A stretch of DNA of 64,000 nucleotides from Octopus sinensis. Taxonomy: Eukaryota. Below the pieces are notes generated by a model. It did no database searches. It was not told where the DNA came from and saw only the letters and a program-made list of their open reading frames with translations. The stretch lies in contig NC_043019.1 of NCBI RefSeq assembly GCF_006345805.1, forward strand, positions 10,167,360 through 10,231,359, read 5' to 3'. The position numbers were made by a program, and so were the translations under genes. The first letter of the stretch is position 1; the number at the start of each line of letters is the position of its first letter. This document shows positions 1-14,034 of the stretch, in pieces.

Positions 1-419
1 ACTAGAGGGAAATAGTAGAGTTCAATATAAGGAGTTATTTTGGAAGAAAGAAGTATAAAGGGAAATAAGAGAATAAAAATAAATGTAGGATGTTACAGTT
101 GCAATTGCATTATCTGAGGAAAGTTCTGTGTAGAATGGGTGGAGAGGCTTCTTGCCCATAGTTATGTAGATTCCGATAGGAGTTCATAGTTTGTTATTAT
201 GAGTGGATAGTGTGGAGACATAAGTTCTGTGTGCTCTGCTGTATGCAAAAGACCTGAAATTTTAGGGGAGTGTATTTGTTGATTACATCGACCCCAGTTT
301 CTCAACTGCTATTTTTTTTATTGATCCTGAAAGGATGAAAGGCAAAGTCGACCTTGGCAAAATTTGAATGCAGAACATAGAGGCTAATGAAATAGAGTTA
401 AGCATTTTGCCCAGCACAC

Positions 420-797
420 AAATGATTCTGTGAGTTCACTGCCTTAATGATGGTGATGGTACTCAAGGACAGAACTTTCTTCTCCACTCCCAGTCTCTTT
501 TTCAAGTGAATCTTGAAGAGGTCAATGAGAGCTGTCCTTATGCCTTTCTGCCTTGTCCACCATACAACCTCTTTCATCACAGCCACCAGGCAAAGAAAAA
601 CCGCCTTGCCTGCCTAATTGATGGAAAGTGGTGGGGCAATCATCACCAGAGACTTGGCTGACAGATGGATCCATCCCACACGTGACAGCAGCTGTTTGAC
701 TTGACCCCACAAGTCAACAATGTCTGGACACTGAACAAGTGTGTGCAGAACTGTTTCGTCACTCTGCGGGCACCTTGGACAAGCTCATCAGACAGCA
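420..797 (-). mobile_element. Tx1/L1-clade LINE 3' fragment (C-terminal zinc-finger region), degraded
   Basis: Minus-strand reading across disruptions gives ...PQSDETVLHTLVQCPDIVDLWGQVKQLLSRVG...AVFLCLVAVMKEVVWWTRQKG..LIDLFKIHLKKRLGVEKK, resembling the C-terminal Cys/His domain of L1/Tx1 ORF2. Confidence 0.55.
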
Positions 798-805
798 CAA
801 TAATA

Positions 806-838
<33 letters not shown>

Positions 839-1829
839 CTAATAATAATAACTTGCAGAGTATATGAAAATTCCACATATTTTAAATATTCTTATTTATA
901 GATCCTTGTAACATTATGTCATTATGAATAAGTTTTGGGTTTCACAGTTGAGCTTGTTAAAGACTTAACACTTTAATACATGCTGTGCCAAGCAGAATAA
1001 TACTATAAATTTTAAAGCTCAGCACCAGATCATAAATTTAAGATGAGGGAACCCAGTTGGTTCTTCAGTGGTTCTTTACAACTCACTCTAACATTAATTC
1101 AAAAATCTAAAGGAAACTATCTAAATACTTGAGAGTATTTTGTCTGTAGGCCCAGCAATTCTGCTACCACGTCCCTCTATTCAGCCAACATGTTACATTC
1201 ACCAAAGCCACTTCATTCAAACTCAAGATATCGAGGTCATAACACCACCCTGTTCACCTGGGAATATATTGAATTCACCAAATACACTACATTCATAATC
1301 AAGATGTTGATAAGCTGTAATATTTTAGTTGCTAATAAGATTAACCTATTTACATTGGTTCTTATGTTCACACTGTGGTGAGCATTAAACTCAGCTCACA
1401 CGTCAATTAATTCAATCTTAATTCAACTCTTCATTCAACTCATTCAACTCTTTCCATACAAACCACCTTGTAATCTTTTACTTTCTGAATTCAAATACCA
1501 CCAACTTTACCTTTCCTCTTTGTAGCATTCATAAAATAAAGCAAAGGCTAAATAACGGGGTTATTATTGTAGTTTTCTATAATGTTGTAGTTCTCAAATG
1601 GTGCACCATGTTGCACTGGTATGCAACTAATTTTTTAAAACATCATCATCATCATTGTCATTGTTGTCGACGTCATCGCTGTCATCATCATCATCAACAA
1701 CAACACATTAATATCCACTTTCTCCTGCTTGCATAGATGGAAGCATTTTATTGATACAAACTTTCTACAACAGCCATTCCTATTGTCAACCTTCATCTGT
1801 TTCCAAACAAGGTAATATTTCACTCATGG

Positions 1830-2260
1830 CTGTACATCTGATTGCAGAATATTGGAAATGAATGCCGTGATTAACTATGCAGGTAATTAGCCCTTATCCT
1901 ACCTTACTGAATATTTTGAATATTTCAGCCGTGATTCTGGATGGACCAGGGGTTTTCCTGGTCTTTATGTCCTTAATTGCCTTATCTACCATACTACTGT
2001 CTATTAGAAAAGTTGGCTCCTCTGTTAGGTTCACATGAGGGAGACTCCTTTTATCCCATTCATTCTCCACATTCAACTGTCTTGCATAGTAACTTTTCCA
2101 TACTTTTTTCTTGTCTACATCACTAAGTGCAAGCATACCATTATCCAACTGCACACACTTCTCTCCCTCAATATCTTGATTCTCTCTCATATACTATCTA
2201 TCAATCCAAAACACTTCAATCTTCGTGCTGTAGAACATTGGCAAACCTCTTCATTTCTGT
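1830..2260 (-). mobile_element. RTE-clade LINE internal fragment (linker to start of RT)
   Basis: ORF 1894..2190: ...KKKVWKSYYARQLNVENEWD...VDKAIKDIKTRKTPGPSRITAEIFK (K.PGP.G..AE motif). Homologous to the RTE copy at 20340-22380. Confidence 0.7.
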
Positions 2261-4291
2261 TTTTACTCTACCTAAATAAACCTGATGTCTAGCTTCTCTT
2301 TTAGTTCTCTAATATAATTCTTAGCCACCCACTCTTTTCCATTCTTTCTAGACCTATCTGTTCACTTCTGTGGCACTGAATGGGATGCTGGTCCGTGACA
2401 GGGTTCAAAACAACAGATTTTGATGGGGTGGGAGGCATGGACAAGTCAACTACCTCAAACCTTCTGCTGGGTCAAAGGTAGAGGAGATGGCAGGAGGGTG
2501 TCTATATGTCTGCTGGCTACAAAAGCAATGTAAACCAAAATAAAAACAAAACAAAACACACATACTGTATAAAGACTTTCAATAAATCAGTCTCTGGAAG
2601 TTAAATATACCATTCAAAGATATTGAAACTGAAAGTCATGTGGTTGGGAAGCAAATTTCTTAACTACACAGCCAGACCTGTGCCTGAAAAATTTGAAGTT
2701 GCAGGGGCAGGATGTTTAAAATTAAAAGTTTAATAAAGATTTAAGAAAATTCTTACTAATGCTTGAGCAACTTGAAAAACATGTTATTCATAAATTTGTT
2801 TTTGTCATAAGTAATATTTTTGTTTGATCTCCCAAGCACCATGAAGTGAAAAAACAAAAACAAAGGGAGAACAACTACATCCTAAATATGAATGGAATTA
2901 TAATAGAAGACTTAAAACATTTATGGTACAGCAGTAGAGGTACATGGCTTCATGGTTGGGGTGTTTGGTTCCTGAACAGAGTGACACATTGTACCTCTTT
3001 GAATAAGGGTCTTCATTTTGTGTTTGACCATTCTGCTCAGCTGTAATGAGAATCAGTCAGATGCTGGTGCTACAGTTTTTCCTCCAGCCCTCACATCATG
3101 GCTGGGTCAAAGGTAGAGGGGATGACAGGAAGGTGTCTATGCCTGCTTTTGACTTCATAGACTATCAAAGCAATTAGTTTTAGCACAGTATCTGTTACAG
3201 AGCCATGCTTACTGGTGAGAGACACCAGGCTGTACTGGATTGCAGACACTTCTCATATTTTAACAGTGTTCAGAAGGGAAAAAAGTACAAATTTTACCTC
3301 AATTCTTTTCAAAATTAATTGCCACTGTTCTTATTGTTCAGACCTAGATTATCTCCATTTGGGCTGACTTCTAATCACAGTTGTTTCATTCACAATCATT
3401 CTGGCTTTTATTCAAACAATATATCAAGGACTACATTATCCAATGTATCCTTTCTATTTTTCAAGACAGCAGAACATAATTTGAGGAAGCATTGGCTGCT
3501 GTTTCTAGTGTATCAAACCACCACATAGATCTTTCAGTGACTTAGGCACCCCCACTTCATTAGAAGTATGGACAATAAAGGCTTAAAATATGATCCTTTC
3601 AAGTTTGTCTTGTCACATCGTCTCAATTCAGTTTTATTTATTTGTTTTGTATCACATTTCAAAAACAATCCTGTTGTTGGTTACAAGTTAATCACTGTTT
3701 TACTGTATTTTTGACTTTGACAATGATAAGGGAGTGTATGTAACTCAATGCAGAACAATATATTTCAAAGAAGTTCATATGAAAGACACTGTTTTTTGAA
3801 ACTCTTCATTTAAAATCTTCAACATCATCAAAGCTGATGAAGTTGCAGAGACAGATTGAGGGCCTTGCAGTACTCTTTCTTGCTCTCTGAGTTCTAATCC
3901 TTCCAAGATTGATTTCCCCTTTTTATTCTTCTGGAGTTGATAAATAAAAGTATCTGTCAAGTACTGGAATCAATTCTTCTCTCTCTTTTTTTTTTTCTTT
4001 CTCTGAATCAGTTATATTGCTCTGTAATAAAATTTCTGTGAGACCATTGACAGCAGTCTGTTTCCAGAAGTGGAAAAGGCTTGAGCATGGGGGTAAAAAT
4101 CTTTTCTCATAGAAAGAAATTGATATGGGACTAGGACCATCTAAGGACAGGTGAACTGATGAGCCTTACAGCATGGAACGAAAATTAAAAACAATACGAA
4201 AAAAAAAAGAAAATATAAACACTTCTACACTTTTACTTCCCAACCACTCTCACACACACACACACACACACACACAAGACATATATGTATA

Positions 4292-4508
4292 CAAGAGTGT
4301 GCTAAGAAGTTCCTGGCTTTGGGTAAAAGAAAAGACACGAGTATCAGTTAATGATGAGTTTATTCATCATATTCTCCTCTCAGATTCACACACTTATTGC
4401 AGTGGTCCTTTAGTTTTTCTAAGCTCAGTAAAAGAACTCAGAAAGTTGGGCTTCCAATCAGGCATTTTGCGATACCCTTAAAGCCAGGAACTTTTCAACA
4501 CCTCTTTG
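4292..4508. mobile_element. Mariner-type MITE, about 217 bp, with about 30-bp TIRs and TA target duplication
   Basis: Left end TA|caagagtgtgctaagaagttcctggcttt and right end aaagccaggaacttttcaacacctctttg|TA are imperfect reverse complements, each flanked by TA. Confidence 0.75.
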
Positions 4509-4526
4509 TATAAACATCTGTGTGTT

Positions 4527-4584
<58 letters not shown>

Positions 4585-7216
4585 GATAGATAGATAGATA
4601 TACACACATATACATACACGCATGTGTATATATATATATGTATATATATTTTCACTTTCCAAGTGGGCAAGCCATGTATTCACTTCTTCAGCAAGACACT
4701 TGCTCTTCTCTCCCTCTATCATTATTTTGGTATCCAGAAGACCCAAAATGGAGGGTAACGCTATGTAAGTGCCACGGGAGGACCGTAGTTAGATGCCTGG
4801 TTCATTAATAGTTTGAGTGAGGAGTCTAATGCGGGTTGTGTGTGAGCATGTATATGTTAAATAAAATGAGACAACAAAGCCAAAGCAGTGTGAGGACACC
4901 AGAATAAAATAGTAATCAAAGGGGCCTTAGATAAAAGATAGTTGAGAACCACTGGGTCAGCGCGTTGGACTCTTGATAGTAAGGTCGTAATTTTGATTCT
5001 CAGACCAGGTGGTGCACTGAGTTTTCAGCAAAACATTTCATTTTACATTGATCCAGTCCACTCAGCTGAAAAGAGTGTACTAGCAACTGCTAGAGTTTTT
5101 ACTCTGTGATGGACTGGCATTCTGTCCAAAGTTGTGATATTCGTCTCTCAGTTGTTAATATACCATAGATATGGGAATTAGAAACCATGTCAGAAGTAGG
5201 ACTAAGAAATCCACACAAATCTGAGCTAGGCTTCGTACCAAGCATAACAGAGAAATGAAATCAAAAGTCATCTCAATGAGTTACTGCTAAATATCCACAT
5301 AACATCAGACGATGACCTTGAAATCGTCGGTTTCTTATCCCGGTCAGTGGCATGAGTTGTCATTTTTCTGAAAAAGAAATAGAGATAACATGAAAGATCG
5401 AAAGACTGCAAGAAGCGCATGGCCGTCTAACCCTCCTACAATCTGGGATCATTTTCAGTCTCACAGGATCCTCCTCATGTGGACTGTATGCCGTCTGTTT
5501 TGGAGGTACTGACGATTGGTTTGTGTGTTGAAACTATTTCAACGTCGAAAAAGAAGCTATGAAATAAAGATAAGACACAAGTTTAGAGATATGTTGAGTG
5601 AAGACACACGAGAAATCAAGGCATTGCACGATGTATGTGAACCACGGAGCGGTGTCTGATCCAAATACTTCCTGATGTCTCGGGTTGCTACAAAGTTGGA
5701 CACGAGTGCTTTTTGAGTTGGTATAGGATCAGGCATGTGTTGAATGTTAAGATGTAGATGTGGTCAAAAGATCTGTTCTGATGTTTCAATGCTGAGAGAT
5801 GATTTAGACATATAAAAAATAAGCAGTTGTGATCAAACAATTCCTCTCCTTGTCGAGTGATCTTGGAGCTTACTGGACCGGTTTGTGGTGATGGCAAACT
5901 CTTAGAAAAGATATGTTTTCGTTCTGCCTCAGGTCACTCGTTGGGATGCTACTGTTACCGACATCTCGGCGGTAGTGACACTCACATCGACTGTCATGGC
6001 GAAGGTCGTGTATGGCAGGTAGTGCAAGTCTGTGCCCTTGCCAGGTGTACAACTCTGAACTAACTATAATGAAAACTGGTGTCAGCAGTTAATCGACAAA
6101 GGTTTTCATTAAAGCAATCCGGGTGAAGATAATTGAGGCTGTTGGTGGTTTGGCCTCCTTTTCCTCGTGACTGTAGTCAAGAATTAGTTTAGCAACCATT
6201 TGTGGAAATGGTTCGTATGTCAGTGTACGCTTTACCTTGTGTCTATACATCAACACACGCATGCGCAAACACACAATACAATCGGTGGTTTGGCCCTGAA
6301 CAACCAACAACTCCAACTTGTGTCTTCTCCCACCAACCAACCAACCAAGCAGCCATGCGACCAGCCACACCCAACTGCAACGATCGCCGGCTACCCACAC
6401 CAGTCAGCGTTAACAGCCATTCATTCATGAGAAACCAAAGGACCCAGATGGCTAGCTGGTCACATCCATCCATCAGAAATGATCAGAGCTCGATAGAAGG
6501 ACAGCTTTTAGCGGCCACCAAACCAGACCAACTGAAATCGAAGGGAAAACCGTCTGCTCGTCCACACTCTTTCTTCCCTCCTCCCCTTCTTGCTACCACA
6601 CTTCATTCTCTCCTCTTACTACGTTCTCCTTTTCCTCTTCCGCTATCATTCCCCACTTCGCCGCTTCTCTCACTCCCACTCCAACATTATCACCTACTCT
6701 CACTGTTACTCTCACTGTTACTCCCACTCCAACACTATCACCTACTCTCACTGTTACTCCCACTCCCACTCCCACATTCGGTCTTTTCCTCTGTCAAAGG
6801 TCGATATGTCGTCTGTTGCCGACAGAACCGACGCATTGGGTGAGAGATGAGAGGCGCCGCCGGATAATCCTCACCTCCTCACTCTATATAAAGATAAATG
6901 TAGATATATATATTTATACTTGGCGTAGGTACAGACGTAAACATTATTAGTAAGAGATCGGACTGGCAAATAACATTCGTCTGGTACGTCTGCTGCTGTG
7001 TTCACTGGAAAAGGTCCTGTCAAGCCTTTCAATAAAAGTCCGGCTGGTCCCAGGGAAGAAGGAAAAGAGAAGAGAAAAACAGGAGCAAAAAACCCCAGAA
7101 AATCAACAACACTTTCGCCGTGAATTGGGAATTTCTATTATGCAGTCTCACTAGCCAGGTGTATATATTTATACACACATACACGCGCGTATACATACAC
7201 ACACACACACACACAG

Positions 7217-7249
<33 letters not shown>

Positions 7250-7432
7250 TTTGCGGTTAGTCATTCAGCTTGACGAACAGAATTGTTTCCATTGACAGAA
7301 ATCAACGGAATTTAATCAAACCAAATCAAAGCAAATCATCGTAATCTGACGAAAATTCAATCAAAAATCCTACGAAAGCCACCCGAAGTGACGACCGACA
7401 ATTACTATAGTCTTCCATTAAGAAGATTATAA

Positions 7433-7572
7433 AGAGAGAGAGAGAGAGAGAGAAAGAAAGAAAGAGAGAGAGAGAAAGAAAGAGAGGAGGACGAGAGAGA
7501 GAGAAAGGGGAGGACGAGAGAGACAGAGGCAGAGAGAGGGGAGAGAAGCGCGCGCGCGTGTGTGTGTGTGTA
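7433..7572. repeat. (GA)n polypurine tract followed by (CG)n(TG)n alternating tract just upstream of the start codon
   Basis: Direct reading: agagagagag...gagagaagcgcgcgcgcgtgtgtgtgtgtgtatg. Confidence 0.9.
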
Positions 7573-7604
7573 TGAAGTTTGCGTCAAAAGGGAAAGAGAA
7601 AATA

Positions 7605-7781
7605 ATGGGGAGTCGCGATGGAAACATTTCTGCCCAATTCTTCGCAACCGGTCTCGACATTTCTGCCTTGGCAGACTATCTTTGGCAGGCAATAGAGTAT
7701 TTCCAGGAGTATCCATCTCTGCCTATTCTCTGTGTATTCGGAGCCACATACCTCGCCTACTACCTGCTCTATGTCGGAAAG
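7605..7781 (+). CDS. ABHD3: ABHD1/ABHD3-like hydrolase, coding exon 1 (N-terminal membrane-anchor segment)
   Basis: MGSRDGNISAQFFATGLDISALADYLWQAIEYFQEYPSLPILCVFGATYLAYYLLYVGK, then donor AAG|GTGAGT in phase 0. ATG context aataATGg. The junction YYLLYVGK|KPQLV parallels human ABHD3 YYLSSIAK-KPQLV. An in-frame upstream ATG is at 7572. Confidence 0.85.
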
Positions 7782-8848
7782 GTGAGTCACTACTATTATT
7801 ATTATTATTATTATTATCATAATTTGTGATTTTCCTCCTCATCCATCGTCCTTATGGTAAGATGAAGAAATCTTTATTATTATTGGAAAATCTAGTGGAA
7901 CGATGCCCTAAATAAGTACCTTGCGGCATCTTAATTGCATATCTTTACCTTCTGAGTTCGAATCCAGCCGGGGCTTCGGAAAACATAAAGCACCTGTCAG
8001 TTGATATTGTCAATTATTTGTTCCCAGTTTTCCCAAAATCCGAGGCTGTAAGAAAACATCCCACAACTCGTCTCCTTTACGGAAATTACAGATTATCATC
8101 CTTATTCGTTTTATTCTGTTTCAGTCATCGTTTTTCTAATTTGTCCTTGTGGTGTCTCCATCATTCGCCGCCGCCCTTGTGCCGGGAGTTCCTCTCTCAT
8201 CCTCATCACCATTCAGCTCGGTTGACAGACGACTCATTTGTACGACGGATTTAGTTTACGGCCCAAACGTTGTGGGTTCAAATACTGACGGGATCAGCTT
8301 TAACTTTTACCCTTTCGAGTTGATTTAAATAAAATATCCATCAAGTATTGAAGTTGATATAATTACCTTTGCTCTCTCCTTTATACTAACATTAGGAATC
8401 ATTATGATGAGGTTAACGGAAGGTGGTTGTTTTGTTAAGATCATCCCTAATCCAGCAGATAAACCTTATGATTATAAAGACGTTTCAACCGTGACTGTCC
8501 AACCAGTCTTGGTATATCAGTAACTACATTATCTTATATCTATTTTCTCCTTTCATTCAAAAGTGAGTGTATTATTTGAAGGAAATTCAACACCAATTTT
8601 AGACAGATTGAGCGACCACCTAGAAGTTTCCCTTGTGTGCAGGAGGTTGCCAGAAGTGGTCGCGAACCGGACAAAATGCTCTCATGGAAAACTATTGTTA
8701 CTTCTTCCTTCAAATTTTACTTGTATCAACAGAATCTTTCATTAAAAAAAAAAAAAATCCAGTTGAGGAAGTACCGGTCATGTTCTGGTGTGATAAAATC
8801 ATTTATACCCTTATGCATGCTTACGTGTATAAATGATTTTGTGTGTGA

Positions 8849-8886
<38 letters not shown>

Positions 8887-9619
8887 TTGCATATATGTGT
8901 ATATGAATGTGTGTAGTTATATGTAACGGAATACATATGTATGTATATGTGTTGTGTGTATGTATTTCTGTGTGTGTGTTTTGTGTATGTGTTGTGTGTA
9001 TGTATATAAATGTATGTGTTGTGTGTATGCATGTGGTGTGTGAAAAGTATGTGTGTCTGTGATTGTGGTATATGTTTGGCAATAGTTTTAATGCCAAATT
9101 GTGTGTTCATACAAAATGAAGTATTTGGCAATGGTCATTTCTTCTCTAAACTAAGCGGGTGTACCGACTATTATGAAGGCAGGCTATTGAAAGATTCAGC
9201 AGAATAGTTAATAAAATACCTTGTGGTATTAAGTTGCACCCCTTAACATTCTGAATTTACATTCTGCTGAAGTTAACTTTGTCTTTCATCTTTCTAATGT
9301 TTATAAAATAAGGAACCAATCAAAGAACTGAGTTAATTAATTAATTTCTCTCTCCAAACTTGAGGCATCGTACCTACATTAGAAATATTTATTCTAAGGG
9401 TGGTGGATTAGTGGAATTGTTTGAGATACAGGCATAGCTGTGTGGTTAAAACGTTTGCTTCCCAACCACTTGGTTTTAGGTTCAGTCCCAATGTGTGACT
9501 CTTTGGGCAACTCTCTTCTCCTCAACTCCTTCTCTGCTCAACCAAAACCTTGTCAGTGAATATGGTAGATAGAAATTGAAAGAAGTCTGTTGTGTGTATG
9601 TATATGTCCATACACATGT

Positions 9620-9985
9620 ATAATTTCATTTTGGTCATCACATTTCAGTCGCACTAGGGCTCCACCTTACAGGGTTTAGCCAAACAAAGCAATCTCAGTA
9701 TTTATTTTAGAAACACTGACATCTATTCTATCAGTCTTTTTTGTCAATAGGCTAAGTTACAGGGGTGTAAACAAAGCAACACTGTTTGTCAAGTGGTGGT
9801 AGTGGTGGGGAGACAAACACAAATATACAGAGGATTCCACACAGTTTCTGTCTACCAAATTCCCTCACAAGGCATTGGTTAACTTGGGGCTATCCAAGAA
9901 GACACTTGCCCCAGGTGCTGCACAGGGAGACTGAACCCAAAACCATGTGGTTGAGAAGCAATCTTCTTTACCACACGACCATGCC
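9620..9985 (-). mobile_element. tRNA-derived SINE, family B (ggctgtgtggt...ggttcagtccc head), diverged copy
   Basis: Collinear with the young copy at 56886-57297. Further copies lie near 9430, 11960, 18915, 30925, 51900 and 61160-61612. Confidence 0.7.
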
Positions 9986-10487
9986 TGAACCTTATATATG
10001 TACATGTATGTGTGTTTGTGTGTATATATATCTGTATCTCCTTGTCTTCATATCACACAGCAGTTGTAAATGAATGTCACCATTATATGAACAATGTCAT
10101 CCATTTCCGATGTTTTAAGAAAATGTCTGGTCAAGAGGAAATATTATTATGCTTGGAAATAATCTGTGGCAACAAGAAGGGCATCTGAGCAGAGAAAATT
10201 AGCCTCACTTCATTGTGTCCAGCCGATAGAGGTATAGAAAAATGGATGTTAAAATGACGATGACAATGATGATGATGTTAGAGTGTTGGGGAGAATAAAT
10301 ACCTTGCAATATTTGTTCCAGTTCACACCTTGCCAAAGTCAAGTTTGCCTTTCATCTCTCTAGGATTGATAAAAAAAGGATTAGTCAAGTTGTTGGATCG
10401 ATGGCATCAACCAACCTCCTCCCTTGACAATTGCTGGACTTATGTCTCTACGTTAGAAACTTATTATTATTATTATTATTATTATTA

Positions 10488-10705
10488 AGGTGGTGAGCTG
10501 GCAGACTCGTTAGTACACTGGATGAAATGCTTAGCAGTATTTTGCCTGTTGCTACACTGTGAGTTCAAATTCTGCCAAGATTGACTTTGCCTTTCATCCT
10601 TTCAGGGTCGATAAATTAAATACCAGTCAAGTACTAGGGTTGATGTAATCAACTTTCTCCACCCCTGAAATTACTTGCCTTGTGCCAAAATTTAAAGCCA
10701 TTATT
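10488..10705 (+). mobile_element. tRNA-derived SINE, family A (ggtgagctggcaga...gagttcaaattc...ctttgcctttcatcc)
   Basis: Pol III-like A box (tggcagactcgtt) and B box (gagttcaaattc), next to (ATT)n. More than 10 copies in the window, e.g. 265-395, 27040-27260, 34290-36430, 62555-62770. Confidence 0.75.
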
Positions 10706-13589
10706 ACTCCATTTTGTATTCTCTGATTATTTGGTTATGGGGTCTTAATTGTTTGATGACACTCATGTAAGCTTTCGATAGGCCTCTCCTCTTGACATCA
10801 ATTAACAGGTCACGGGAGGGCACAAAACTCGTTGATACTCCTATACACTACAATTATTCCCTATGGCATTTCTTTCTTGCTCCCAGTTTGCTTGAAATTC
10901 AATTAATGAAATTCAACAGCTTCATGAAATGTCTCCTGTCCCTTTGGGATTGAAGTAGTTGGACATTTACTTGGTACTGAAGTGGCAACATAAGGTCTGT
11001 GGAGTAGGGAGTCTCTGAACATATAATGGGGAGGTTTTATGCTATCCCACTGTTGCGGGTTAGTTTCTCTTTCTGCCGTGATCTGACCTCAGCCTGTTTG
11101 CATATGTCTTCTGTTTACTAGTTAGATGTCAGCACTGGGCAGTCATTCAGTGGGAGCCCCAACCAAGTCCCATTGCTAGGAGAGTGATACCTCTATCTCT
11201 CCAGGCAAACTCTGCAATGATATTCAGTCATGCTGGACCAACAGAAGGAAAGATAGAAAATTAAGACTGATCCAAACCCAGTGTCCAAGGTGAGGATGTC
11301 AGACTCACACCCAAAAGAATAAAGAAGTAAACAATGATAATAATAGTTTTTAACTTAGGGCACAAGGCCAGCAATATTGTGGGGTGTGGGCTGTTGATAT
11401 ATTGATCCCAGTACTTGATGGATACTTTATTTTATTGACCTTGGAGAAGTGAATGGCAAATTAACCTCAAAGGGTTTTGAACTGAGAACATAGACAGTCA
11501 AATCAGATGCCATTAGACATTTTTTCTGATGTTCAAACAATACTCTTTTTATTTCTTACATAGTTACAAGGCCATAAATTCTTGGGATGAGTAAAATCCT
11601 TTAAATATTAGCTTAGTATATTATTAGTACTTCAATATTTTACTGATTCCTTGGATGGAGAAATGGTATGAGTGGAAGATGGAGCCTTGCCTCATTGTTT
11701 GTCTGACTACCTGCACATGTCATAGCAATGTTTAATTAGAGCTGATCTGAGATTAAACAACCACCAGCTGGTCCTTCTCCACTTCATCCATCTCACCTAT
11801 GTGAAAAATCTTCCCGATAATGAGTCATAAAGAGAACTACTGTATGATCACTTGACTTGCTAGAAATAGCTCTTAAATCCTGCAAAATTATCTTCTACTA
11901 TAAATGAAGTCACTTTTTGTAATATAGTTCGAGATATTCAAGCTATGGGTAAAAAAACTCACTTTGCAACCATGTGGTTCTGATTTCAGTCCCATTGTGT
12001 GCACCTTGAGCAAGTGTTTCTTACTATGGCCTTGGACTGACCAATACCTTGTGAGTGAATCTGGTAGCTGGAAACTATGGAAGTCTGTGTGTGTGTTTGC
12101 ATTTTTCACCTCCATCACTTGATAACCAGTGTTTTATTTACTTCCCTGTAACTTTGTGGGTTGGCAAAAGAGATAATAGGATAAGAATTAGTCTTTAAGA
12201 AATTTGTTCTTGGTTTGATTTGTTTAAAGCAAATCGATTATCACCTGGCCTCTGTCCAATGACTGAAACAAAGAAGAAAAGAAAGGAACAAAGCTTCACC
12301 ATACCTGAGTAAAAAAAATGGATATCTGGAATGTCTCTAATCATAGAATTACTTATCAAGGACTGACATGGGGATAAACAAATACAAAATACCTCGAGTA
12401 AAAAAAGAAATGATACCATTTCTCATCCTGTCAACTGTTACTGGTTCTCTTCCCTTCTCCTGAGACAATTGTAAACAACTACCTCATCCACTTCTAGTCT
12501 CTCTCGGTCACCATCCTTAGAGATCCTACACAGTGATCCTCTCTGAAATCAGAGACTTGTTCTCCCTTGTCACATACTAATACTCTTATGCACTTGTGAA
12601 TTTCTGTGAATGTTTTTACCTTTAGTATTTATCCGCTTAGCAACTCCCACATTTTACCCCCTAACACCTACCACTTCTATCACTTGAGAGCAGAAGAGAT
12701 ACATACCACACCATACTGGCTTTCTCAGTTACCTTTACCCCATCCCAGTTACCTTCTTCCCCTGTCTACTGTCTCCATAAATCACCTCCTTTTTGCACTT
12801 TCTCTTCCCTCCCTGTGCTGCTCTCCATCATCAACTTCGCACTTTCCTGCTATCTCCCTCATTGATCTCAAACATCTACTGCCCCTAAGCCTCTCCCTAT
12901 ATTTCCATTCATCATTTGTTACAGTCACCTTATCCTGCCCACTTGCCCAGACTAAGCCTCGACATCACTTCACCTATTCTCACCCCTTCTCCAATATCCC
13001 TTGAGGACATGTCTTAACACGTCTCTGCCATCATTTCTCTCACTGTAACTCCCTTTATCTTACTTTCAAACTCACTTTCCTTTGTATCTACTCCATAGAA
13101 AGACACCTTTATCTGTCCCCTCTATACCTTAAATCCCTCAACTGGCACAAGGCATGCCTCCTGAATACTATGCCTCCTTCCCAGTTGAGGGCTTCTTATC
13201 ATGCAAGGTGCTGGTGCCACATTAAAATCACTGGTGATGGAGCCACGTATAAAGCACCCAGTATACTCTGTAAAGTGATTGGCATTAGGAAGGGCATCCA
13301 GCTGTCGAAACTATGCCAAAATAGACAGCTGGAGCCTGGTGCAACGTTCCTAGCTCTTGTCAAACCATCCAACCCATGCCAGTATGGAAAACAGATGTTC
13401 CATGATGATGATGTTATCTTCATCATCATTTTGTATCTGATTTCAATGCTAGCATGAGCTGGATAGTTTGATAGAATCTTATGGGTCAAAGGTTTAGCCT
13501 GGTTTCTATGGCTGGATTTCCTCCCTAACACCAGCTACTTTATAGAATTTACTAGACATATGTTTTTGTAGCACCATGAGAAATTGTCT

Positions 13590-13910
13590 TGCCTTTGACA
13601 AGACGAAAGAACCTTCTCAAACCCTGAAACGTTTCTGCGTTATCTCTTTAGAGGATGGACTAGGGACACTTTTTGAACCACCAACATTAGTGAGGATGTT
13701 TTGTAATGCATAGCGCAAATGGAAGAGCCAGAAAGAGTGTTGAGGGACGCTACAGTATGATTGGAGGAATAGATTGATTGTTGTAAGGGAGTGGTGGTGT
13801 AGAGAGTAGCAGTGGACAAAGTGGAGGAAGTACTGCTAGGGTATATTTTCAAAGTAACATACCAAAGAAGGGGAACAGAAGAGAGTGTAGAAAGAGAAGA
13901 TTCAGGGAGA
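13590..13910 (-). mobile_element. Jockey/CR1-group LINE 3' fragment, degraded
   Basis: The minus strand resembles the C-terminal ...R.NHY..SFF......WN.LP motif. Related fragments at about 8030-8240, 32600-32860 and 50490-50790. Confidence 0.45.
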
Positions 13911-14034
13911 GTGAGTGAAGGTTGAGCCAGTGTCTTCTACGATATAACCTTGGGCCAACCAAGCTTCATGAGTGGATTTGGTGGAGAGAAACTTAAAGAA
14001 ACCTGTTGTGTGTGTGTGTGTGTGTGTGCATGCA

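Larger units (their letters stand above)
5250..7800. promoter_or_regulatory. CpG-enriched promoter/5' region of the ABHD3-like gene
   Basis: CpG dinucleotides are visibly more frequent and interspersed repeats are scarce compared with the flanks. The region ends at the first coding exon. The TSS is not determinable from sequence. Confidence 0.5.

Noticed and set aside
6202-6843. 213-aa plus-strand ORF upstream of ABHD3
   Set aside because: Low-complexity, overlaps a short CT-rich tandem repeat, has no recognisable domain and no splice link to exon 1. The higher local GC content makes long ORFs likely by chance.
9430-9520. tRNA-like sequences at SINE heads
   Set aside because: A/B-box-like motifs continue into SINE bodies and lack a complete cloverleaf, so they are not tRNA genes.
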